A stretch of 62,083 bases of DNA from Candidatus Nanoarchaeia archaeon (GTDB lineage Archaea > Nanobdellota > Nanobdellia > Woesearchaeales > SM23-78). Below the pieces are notes generated by a model, which ran no database searches, was not told the DNA's origin, and was given only the letters and a program-made list of their open reading frames with translations. A program made the translations under genes and the position numbers. This document shows, one piece after another, positions 8,740-15,712 of the stretch. Location: contig DATDWO010000071.1 in the NCBI GenBank assembly GCA_035289665.1, positions 1 through 62,083 of the forward strand, in the 5' to 3' direction. Position 1 is the stretch's first letter; every line of letters begins with the position of its first letter.

Positions 8740-8757
8740 AACCATAATATTATGGTT
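8740..8757. promoter_or_regulatory. perfect 18-bp palindrome (operator candidate)
   Basis: aaccataatattatggtt lies between the TATA-like box and ATG 8762. Confidence 0.55.
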
Positions 8758-8761
8758 TAAT

Positions 8762-9331
8762 ATGGTCAATGAAAAGTTAAGCATATTGCGTCTATTAATA
8801 GAGAGCCAAGAAGTATCATTCAACATAAGAAAAATCTCACTACTCAGAAAGATCAATTACAAGTCAGCGTACAACGCTATAAAAGCCTTGGAAAAGGAGC
8901 AGGTCATCACAGCAAGAAAAATCGGCAATACAACCGAGTGTTATTTTAACAAAAATTTCAACCCTTCGGTCTTTACCGTAGAACACCTGCGAAGGGAGGA
9001 GTTGCTTAAAAACATCGATTTTAAGGTCATCTACAAAAAATTAAGCCGGATAAAGAAGCCTTTGATCGCCATTCTTTTCGGTTCCTACGCAAACAAAACA
9101 GCAACAAAACATTCGGACATCGATATCTTATCCATATCCGACAGTCCGGAAGACATTGAAAAAGAGCTATCCTTACTGGCTTTAAACATACACCATACCG
9201 GCATCCGTTACGAGGATTTTCAGCACATGTTAAAAAGCAAGGAGCTTTCCGTGGTTAGCGAAGCGGTTAAAAAGAACATCCTCCTCGTTGGAATCGAAGA
9301 GTATTACAGGCTGATCCAAGATGCTCAGTAA
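8762..9331 (+). CDS. winged-helix + minimal nucleotidyltransferase (MNT-type)
   Basis: ILFGSYANKTATKHSDIDILSI motif. Start moved to ATG 8762 (MVNEKLSILRLL), in frame with ORF 8651..9331. Confidence 0.75.
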   Translation: MVNEKLSILRLLIESQEVSFNIRKISLLRKINYKSAYNAIKALEKEQVITARKIGNTTECYFNKNFNPSVFTVEHLRREELLKNIDFKVIYKKLSRIKKPLIAILFGSYANKTATKHSDIDILSISDSPEDIEKELSLLALNIHHTGIRYEDFQHMLKSKELSVVSEAVKKNILLVGIEEYYRLIQDAQ

Positions 9332-9866
9332 GGAAAGGGTAAAGGAAGCGGAACAAAACGTCAAATCTTATCTAGTTCAAGGGCTCATGAAAAAAGAGCC
9401 GTTCAAGCAAATCGTATATGACGTCTTGCGAAAAAACGCAGATGAAAGCCTGAAATTAGCAAAAACCATACATGACAATCTATATTCTGATTTATGGGCA
9501 ATCGTGATTTCCTACTATTCAATGTATTACATCTCAAACGCAGTCTTATACAAACTAGGCTACAAGGTCGGGGAAAAAATATCTCACAAGATAACCTCCG
9601 ATGCTCTAATGGTCTATGTAAGGAAGCACCTGCACGAATCTTTAATAGAGGACTATGAAGACTCAAAAGAACAGGCTCTTGCTGGGATTAAGGCAGACGA
9701 ACTCATTGAATCCTTCGACTTTGAGAGGAGAAAAAGGAGCAGGATCCAGTACAAGACAGAAGAGATCGAGAAACACGCCAAAGCAAAAACATCCTTGCAA
9801 AGGGCGATTGTCTTCGCAACCGAAATGGAAAAGCTCATCGAAAAGACAGGCAAGAATGCCAAGTAG
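9321..9866 (+). CDS. HEPN-like partner of MNT
   Basis: Overlaps the MNT gene by 11 nt. WAIVISYYSMYYISNAVLYKLGY and RRKRSRIQY motifs parallel the 10846..11430 gene. Confidence 0.55.
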   Translation: MLSKERVKEAEQNVKSYLVQGLMKKEPFKQIVYDVLRKNADESLKLAKTIHDNLYSDLWAIVISYYSMYYISNAVLYKLGYKVGEKISHKITSDALMVYVRKHLHESLIEDYEDSKEQALAGIKADELIESFDFERRKRSRIQYKTEEIEKHAKAKTSLQRAIVFATEMEKLIEKTGKNAK

Positions 9867-9937
9867 AAGGAGGGGAAGAAGCAGTAAAAGTGAGCCTAGG
9901 GAAAGCAGCAGACCTAATTGCAACCATGGTCTAGATC

Positions 9938-9968
9938 TTTCACAACTTTTTTAAAACGCTCGTCGATA
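9938..9968. repeat. direct repeat DR-B, left copy
   Basis: tttcacaacttttttaaaacgctcgtcgata matches 12443..12473 at 29/31 positions. Confidence 0.85.
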
Positions 9969-9969
9969 A

Positions 9970-10068
9970 TATACGTCCACATTACAACATTATTTCAACG
10001 CAATGTACCCGTACACATCACCCCGCCACTTCAATCTCCAGTCGGTTCTTCTCGACGGGGTAAATCCG
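9970..10068. repeat. cassette-junction repeat R, copy b
   Basis: Starts with tatacgtccaca, immediately after DR-B. Palindrome arms lie at 9970-9983 and 10003-10015. The 3' block is nearly identical to copy a. Confidence 0.85.
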
Positions 10069-10211
10069 TACCAAGTCTTAAAATATACATTTCCCTCGCT
10101 CAGGAGTGTATGTTATTCTATACAACATTATAGATCAATAATAACGTTTTTGTTATATTATATAACTTTAGCCAATATATGCCTTTTTGCCATGCGTTCG
10201 GGTAAGAGTAC

Positions 10212-10227
10212 CGAAACCTTTATATAT
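10212..10227 (+). promoter_or_regulatory. BRE/TATA-like promoter of the MNT gene
   Basis: cgaaacctttatatat lies 38 nt upstream of ATG 10265. Confidence 0.5.
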
Positions 10228-10235
10228 CACTATAT

Positions 10236-10251
10236 ATGATAATATTATCAT
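10236..10251. promoter_or_regulatory. perfect 16-bp palindrome (operator candidate)
   Basis: atgataatattatcat shares the ataatattat core with the 8740-8757 palindrome. It is followed by a partial half-site tgataatat. Confidence 0.55.
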
Positions 10252-10264
10252 AATAAGTGATAAT

Positions 10265-10858
10265 ATGCGTTTAGAGCTCAAAATCATAGAAAAGCTAGTC
10301 AGGGAGGAGAAGGAGTGCACCATCCATGCCCTCTCTTTGGAACTGAGCGAGCCTTATTCCCTGCTTCATCGGAAAGTCCAAGAGCTCTCAGAAGAAGGGG
10401 TTCTATCTAAAAAAACAGCCGGAAAGGCCACGCTTTGTGCGATTAACTTGAAAAACAGCAAGGCTCGAGCTCTCCTGCACTTGACCGAAGTCAACAAAGC
10501 GCAGGCATTCATGGAAAAAAACAGGGAAGTCAGGCTCTTGTTGGCAAGCTTTGTCGAAAGGGCCAAAAACGATTATAAAAATAGCCTTTCATTCATTGTT
10601 CTTTTCGGCTCTTGGGCACAGGAACAAGCCAGTAAAGAAAGCGACATCGATCTTTTTATACTAACCAGGAAAAAATCCGATTTAGCCGGAATTTCTAGGG
10701 AGTTAAATGCCCAATACGGTTTAGAAATCAACCCTTTACAACTCACTCCGAAAGAATTTGAATCTGAGCGAGAAAAGGAACTTATAAAAACGATTCTAAA
10801 AACCCATATCGTATTATACGGGTTTGAAAGCTTCCTGGAAAAGATGTGGCCTTTATGA
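10265..10858 (+). CDS. winged-helix + minimal nucleotidyltransferase (MNT-type)
   Basis: VLFGSWAQEQASKESDIDLFIL motif. Start moved to ATG 10265 (MRLELKIIEKL). Confidence 0.75.
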   Translation: MRLELKIIEKLVREEKECTIHALSLELSEPYSLLHRKVQELSEEGVLSKKTAGKATLCAINLKNSKARALLHLTEVNKAQAFMEKNREVRLLLASFVERAKNDYKNSLSFIVLFGSWAQEQASKESDIDLFILTRKKSDLAGISRELNAQYGLEINPLQLTPKEFESEREKELIKTILKTHIVLYGFESFLEKMWPL

Positions 10859-11430
10859 ATTCCAAAGAGATCCTGTTAAAAGCACTTGAACGCCAGAAAA
10901 GAAAGGAACGCGGCCTGCGGCTCATCCAGCCGAACAAGGACTTAGCTAAAGGACACCTTGCCAAAGCAGATCACAATTTAGTGGTCATGACCGATTTAAA
11001 AAACCTGAATCACACCGACTGGGTCGTCACTACGGCTTATTATGCCATGTACCACGCCGCCACAGCCATCCTCGCCGAAGTAGGGTTGGACAGCAAAGAC
11101 CATGCCACCACAGTCGCTGTTCTATAGTATTTCTTCAGGGAAAAAATGGACGCTTTCCTGTTAGATAAATTCAACGAATTAAAGTACAAAAAAGACCGCA
11201 TGGAGCAACTCAAAATAGACGAAAAATTCATAGACTATTTCTGGAAGGCGAAACAAAATCGTGAAACCGCACAGTATGGCATCGAAACTTCTTACCAAGA
11301 AGCAGAGTTTATCATAAGGCATGCAAGAGAATTTGTCACAAAGATCAAAATCGTCCTGGAAGAATTGGATGAAAAAGTCGTGAAACTCATAGGAGAAGAA
11401 GCAAGGGAGTTGTATAATAAGGTTCATTAA
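10846..11430 (+). pseudogene. HEPN-like gene interrupted by a single in-frame TAG
   Basis: ORFs 10846..11127 and 11146..11430 are in the same frame. TAG at 11125-11127 splits ...DHATTVAVL*YFFREKMDAFLLDKF... The joined product aligns along its length with the 9321..9866 protein. Confidence 0.55.
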
Positions 11431-11470
11431 AAGGGTGAAAATCAGCGTATTTCAATGAGACTTCCAGGTT

Positions 11471-11516
11471 TATACGTCTACACTACAACAATATTTATAT
11501 ACAATGTACCCGTATA
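11471..11516. repeat. cassette-junction repeat R, copy c (5' palindromic part only)
   Basis: tatacgtctacac...atgtacccgtata. It contains atatttatata about 30 nt upstream of the Fic ATG. Confidence 0.7.
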
Positions 11517-11522
11517 TGTACT

Positions 11523-12425
11523 ATGGTCTACACTGAGGTTAAGAAAAAGGGAAAAAACAAGTATTATTATCGCGCAAAGTCGGTACGAAAAGGGGATAAA
11601 ATCCTAAAGGAACGTAAGTACCTCGGAGTAAACCTAAGCCAAAAAAAGCTTATCCAAGCCGAAAACACTGCGGACGAGAAGCTTTCCTTGCTAGAGTACC
11701 TACTCAGTCCAGAGGAGCTTAAATTCCTAGAGAAACTCAAAAAAGGGTACGCCAAAGAACCAAAGCTTAACCTCGAGCAGCGCTACGAAGCCTTCTGTGC
11801 CCAGTTCACCTATGATTCCAACGCCATTGAAGGCAACACCCTTACCTTACAGGAAACGGCTCATTTATTATTCGAGAAAACAGTTCCTGCCCATAAGTCA
11901 TTAAGGGAAATCAACGAGGCATTGAATCACAAACAGGCCTTTGACTTTCTGTTGAGTTATAAGAAAGACATCACAAAAGTGCTCATCAACCATCTACATC
12001 GTCTCGTTGTAAAAGACACGTTAAAACCGGATCTGCAAGATCAAGTGGGAAAATACCGCACACTTCAAGTCTACATTCGAGGTGTAGATTGGACACCCCC
12101 TCAGCCAAAAGAAGTGCCTAAAGAGATGAAATCGTTGCTTTTTTGGTACACTCAACATAAGAAAAAACTGCATCCTCTGATTCTAGCGGCTTACTTCCAC
12201 GCGGCCTTTGAAGGCATTCACCCGTTTGTAGATGGGAATGGTCGGGTCGGCCGTTTGCTGCTCAATTTCATATTACACAAGAACAAGCTTCCAATGGTCA
12301 ATATCCCAAATAAGCAGAGACTGATTTATTACAAAGTGCTAGAACAGGCCCAGCGAAAAGACAACCTTCACCCTTTGATCGAATTGCTCTTGAGTCTTCT
12401 TAAAACAAGCAATATTCAATTTTAA
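11523..12425 (+). CDS. Fic/DOC family protein
   Basis: HPFVDGNGRVGRLLLN is the HxFx(D/E)GNGRxxR Fic motif. YDSNAIEGNTL is an inhibitory-helix-like SxxxEG motif. Confidence 0.85.
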   Translation: MVYTEVKKKGKNKYYYRAKSVRKGDKILKERKYLGVNLSQKKLIQAENTADEKLSLLEYLLSPEELKFLEKLKKGYAKEPKLNLEQRYEAFCAQFTYDSNAIEGNTLTLQETAHLLFEKTVPAHKSLREINEALNHKQAFDFLLSYKKDITKVLINHLHRLVVKDTLKPDLQDQVGKYRTLQVYIRGVDWTPPQPKEVPKEMKSLLFWYTQHKKKLHPLILAAYFHAAFEGIHPFVDGNGRVGRLLLNFILHKNKLPMVNIPNKQRLIYYKVLEQAQRKDNLHPLIELLLSLLKTSNIQF

Positions 12426-12442
12426 AAGAGTCGCCTAGGTTG

Positions 12443-12473
12443 TTTCACAAGCTTTTTAAAACGCTCGTCGATA
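12443..12473. repeat. direct repeat DR-B, right copy (eif6 promoter region)
   Basis: tttcacaagctttttaaaacgctcgtcgata ends 9 nt upstream of the eif6 ATG. Confidence 0.85.
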
Positions 12474-12481
12474 CTCAGGAC

Positions 12482-13165
12482 ATGCCTGCCTTAATTGCAC
12501 ATCTAAACGGCAATCCAAACATTGGTTTATACGGCTTTTGTACAGATAAATATGTCTTAGTGGGCAAGGAAGTCTTTCCAGAGTTGGCTGCAAAAATAGG
12601 AAAAGCCTTGAAAGTCCCTGTCCACCGAATCACGATTGCCGGCACCAGTTTCATCGGTGTCTTCTTAGCAGGCAACAGTCACGCGTTATTAGTCCCTTCC
12701 TTGATCTTCGACTATGAATTGGAGGCCTTAAAAAAATTTAAGCTTCCCATTCAAGTCATGGATACTAGACTAACTTGTCTGGGCAACAATATATTATGCA
12801 ATGATCAGGGAGCAATCATCAGTCCAGAGTTCACACAGCAAGAAATGCAATTCATTCAAAAAGCATTAAAAGTTCCTGTGCAAAAGGCCAAGTTGGTCAG
12901 TTTGGATAATTTAGGCAGTCTCGCTGCGTTAAATAAACGCGCAGCTTTAATCCATATGGATGCAAGTGAAGAAGATTTTCAGTTGATCAAAAAAGTGTTA
13001 AATCTAAAGGCATTCCCGGGCACAATTAACTTAGGCAATCCATACATCAAAGCAGGCTTGTTGTGCAACGATCAGGGCTATGTGGTAGGGGAGCAATCGG
13101 GTGGTCCGGAAATGGTCTACCTAGAGCAATGCCTGGGTTTTGCAGGTAAGGTGGAAGATGAGTGA
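12482..13165 (+). CDS. eif6: translation initiation factor 6 (aIF6)
   Basis: MPALIAHLNGNPNIGLYGF... with pentein-like internal repeats. Conserved archaeal neighbourhood eif6-pfdA-ftsY. Start moved to ATG 12482. Confidence 0.8.
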   Translation: MPALIAHLNGNPNIGLYGFCTDKYVLVGKEVFPELAAKIGKALKVPVHRITIAGTSFIGVFLAGNSHALLVPSLIFDYELEALKKFKLPIQVMDTRLTCLGNNILCNDQGAIISPEFTQQEMQFIQKALKVPVQKAKLVSLDNLGSLAALNKRAALIHMDASEEDFQLIKKVLNLKAFPGTINLGNPYIKAGLLCNDQGYVVGEQSGGPEMVYLEQCLGFAGKVEDE

Positions 13166-13556
13166 TAAGCAGAAAGTTTTTGACCTACAATTCACAGACA
13201 AGCAACTGGGCCAGTTAAAAGAGCACCTAGAACGCCTGGATCAGCAACTCTCCGAAGTGGTTTCTATGCGTAAAGCCTTAGAGGATTTCAAAGAGCTTGA
13301 CGGCAATGAGGAGCTTAAGGTTCCGATTACAAACGGGATCTTTGCTTCAGCAAAATTGACCAACAGCAAAAAAGTTGAAGTAAACGTGGGCAGTGGAATT
13401 GTAGTGAACAAGACCATCGATGAAGCCATCGAATTGATCGGTTCGCAGTTAAGTCAGATGGCCCAGTACCGAGAGCAAGTATTGGAGCAATTCAATCAGC
13501 TCATCCAAAAGGCGGAACAGTTGGCTAAGGATCTCCAGGAGGAGGATCATGTTTAG
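13158..13556 (+). CDS. pfdA: prefoldin alpha subunit
   Basis: Coiled coil, beta hairpins (VPITNGIFASAKL...VEVNVGSGIVV), then coiled coil. Overlaps the eif6 stop. Confidence 0.65.
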   Translation: MSDKQKVFDLQFTDKQLGQLKEHLERLDQQLSEVVSMRKALEDFKELDGNEELKVPITNGIFASAKLTNSKKVEVNVGSGIVVNKTIDEAIELIGSQLSQMAQYREQVLEQFNQLIQKAEQLAKDLQEEDHV

Positions 13557-14808
13557 TTTTCTTAAGGACAAGCTGAAGAAAGCCATGGGTCTATTTACGA
13601 AGGAAGTAAAAGAGAAATCAGTAGAGGAGGAAGTAGAGGTTGAAAAGCCCCCGGTAAAAGAAAAGCTAAAGTCTGCTCCCACTCCTAAAAAACCAGTTTC
13701 TAAGCCGAAGGTAGAAAAGTCAAAAGTTGAAAAACCGCGGCCTGAAAAATCTAAGCCTGAAAAAATAGCGGAAGAACCAAAGAAAAAAGAAATCAAAATA
13801 ATTGTTCAAGAGCCAAAGGAAGAAACCCAATCGATCGTAAAGGAAAAGCCTGGTTTCTTCGGCCGCTTGTTCGGGAAAAAAGAAGAACCGATAGTAGAAG
13901 ATAAAACCGAAGAAAAGGAAGAAGCCCGGGAAAAAGCCGGTTTCTTCACTCGCCTCAAAGAAAAAGTCACCAAGATTCAATTGTCAGATGATAAATTCGA
14001 AGAAATCTTTCAGCCTTTGGAAATCGCTCTTTTAGAAAGCAACGTCGCGTTAGAGGTCGTTGAAAAGATCAAGGCCGACTTGAAGCAAGAGCTCATGTCC
14101 GACCGCATCCACCGAAAGCAAGTCGATCAAATCGTGCATGACACCCTTAAAAAATCCATTGAGGACTTGTTCAATGTGGAAGGCATTGACTTGTTAAAAA
14201 AAGCAAAGGAAAAAAAGCCGTATGTCATCGCATTTTTTGGGGTGAACGGTTCAGGCAAAACAACCACCATCGCAAAGTTCGCAAACCTGTTCTTGAAGCA
14301 CAAGAAAACAGTGGTCATGGCAGCGGCAGACACTTTCCGCGCCGCAGCCATCCAACAATTGGAAGAACACGCAAATAAGTTAGGCGTGAAGATCATCAAG
14401 CATGATTACGAATCCGATCCAGCTGCCGTTGCCTTCGATGCCATCAAGCACGCCCAATCCAAGGGCATCGACATCGTCTTAATCGATACAGCCGGTCGTC
14501 AACACGCCAATAAAAACCTCATGCAGGAACTAGAAAAGGTCATCCGTGTCAACAAACCAGATCTGAAAGTCTTCATTGGAGAGAGCATCACCGGCAATGA
14601 CTGCATCGAGCAAGCCAAGCAATTCAACGAAGCCGTTGGCATCGATGTCATCGTCTTAACCAAGGCAGACGTGGATGAAAAAGGCGGTGCCGCGATCAGC
14701 ATCAGCTATGTTACAGGCAAGCCGATCATATATCTAGGGATGGGCCAAACGTATGATGATCTTGTTCCGTTCAACAAGGAAAAGATTCTAGAAAGTGTTG
14801 GGTTGTAA
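13549..14808 (+). CDS. ftsY: signal recognition particle receptor FtsY
   Basis: GVNGSGKTTT, DTAGR and TKADVDEKGG GTPase motifs. Lys/Glu/Pro-rich N-terminal region. Confidence 0.9.
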   Translation: MFSFLKDKLKKAMGLFTKEVKEKSVEEEVEVEKPPVKEKLKSAPTPKKPVSKPKVEKSKVEKPRPEKSKPEKIAEEPKKKEIKIIVQEPKEETQSIVKEKPGFFGRLFGKKEEPIVEDKTEEKEEAREKAGFFTRLKEKVTKIQLSDDKFEEIFQPLEIALLESNVALEVVEKIKADLKQELMSDRIHRKQVDQIVHDTLKKSIEDLFNVEGIDLLKKAKEKKPYVIAFFGVNGSGKTTTIAKFANLFLKHKKTVVMAAADTFRAAAIQQLEEHANKLGVKIIKHDYESDPAAVAFDAIKHAQSKGIDIVLIDTAGRQHANKNLMQELEKVIRVNKPDLKVFIGESITGNDCIEQAKQFNEAVGIDVIVLTKADVDEKGGAAISISYVTGKPIIYLGMGQTYDDLVPFNKEKILESVGL

Positions 14809-15621
14809 TCATCCCCAAGGAGGTCTTTTAGGGTCAGGTTGTTTAGCCGCTTCTAATGCAGTATCAAAATCATCAGTTCTAAGCTCCGTTGCTTTGTCAA
14901 GAAGGCGGGTAACTGAAGCATCAATGCTTCCTAGATTAAGGCCATCATGGGCCAAAGAAATCCAATCCGCGAGTCCAGCTTCAGTTTCCATGCCTTTGAA
15001 TTTCTCTCGGAATCGAACGACCATATCTAACGACACTCGAGAGTCTTTAGCAAGCAAGGTCTGACTGACTTGCAAAAGAATTTCAACATCACTAACAGAA
15101 TATCCTTTCGAAAGAAGGTTGGCAAGGGGTTTAAACGAAATGCCATAAATAGTTTCATAGTCATAAAGTTTTAAGAGGGCAGCTTCATCAAGACCTGAGT
15201 GCAGGCAAAGATTGGCCAACTCTCGGTTGCTACAACCCGTCCTTCGTAAAAAGCCCGCGTCAAATTGAGTAGGGTTTCCTTCAGCATCACTAACCAAGAC
15301 CAAGCGGTTTTTATTTTCAGCTGAGATCCCATACAAGACGCATTTGTATTCATCTTCCAGTCTTTCTGCAGTAAATCCATTTAAGGTTCGTGTTCGGATG
15401 GCTTCTTTGAGGGCTTCAGAAGCATCGGGAGCATTGTACACTGGATCATGAGATAAAACCCGTTCATTAGCATTTCGTACCCTAAGCTGGTGATCAAATA
15501 ATTTACTTAGTTCTTCAGACCTAGTTTGGTAAGGGGTGATTTTAGCCGCAAGTTCATCAAGACGTGTTAATTGAGCAGCTACATCCGCACGGCGTTTAGC
15601 AAGACCATCAGCAAAACTCAT
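14809..15621 (-). CDS. hypothetical protein (Ala/Arg/Asp/Leu-rich, atypical composition)
   Basis: 270-aa ORF with no recognisable motif. Divergent from the large surface-protein gene. Confidence 0.5.
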   Translation of the reverse strand: MSFADGLAKRRADVAAQLTRLDELAAKITPYQTRSEELSKLFDHQLRVRNANERVLSHDPVYNAPDASEALKEAIRTRTLNGFTAERLEDEYKCVLYGISAENKNRLVLVSDAEGNPTQFDAGFLRRTGCSNRELANLCLHSGLDEAALLKLYDYETIYGISFKPLANLLSKGYSVSDVEILLQVSQTLLAKDSRVSLDMVVRFREKFKGMETEAGLADWISLAHDGLNLGSIDASVTRLLDKATELRTDDFDTALEAAKQPDPKRPPWG

Positions 15622-15666
15622 AACGTTAGAAACCTGCTTTTATTTAAGTAGTTTAAGCTTATAAAT

Positions 15667-15680
15667 CGAAACCTTTATAT
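15667..15680 (+). promoter_or_regulatory. BRE/TATA-like promoter
   Basis: cgaaacctttatat lies 33 nt upstream of ATG 15713. Confidence 0.5.
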
Positions 15681-15712
15681 GCCCTAATTGTGGGGTTTAA
15701 ATCGGTGGATTC

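Noticed and set aside
9655-9954. Arg/Lys/Ser-rich ORFs 9655..9954 (+) and 9663..9923 (-), which overlap the end of the HEPN-like gene.
   Set aside because: They are low-complexity shadow frames of a Lys/Glu-rich coding region. No independent start context is present.
13449-13980. Minus-strand ORFs 13449..13796 and 13720..13980.
   Set aside because: They are antisense to the Lys/Glu/Pro-rich N-terminal region of FtsY. Their Phe/Gly/Ser-rich composition is typical of a shadow frame.
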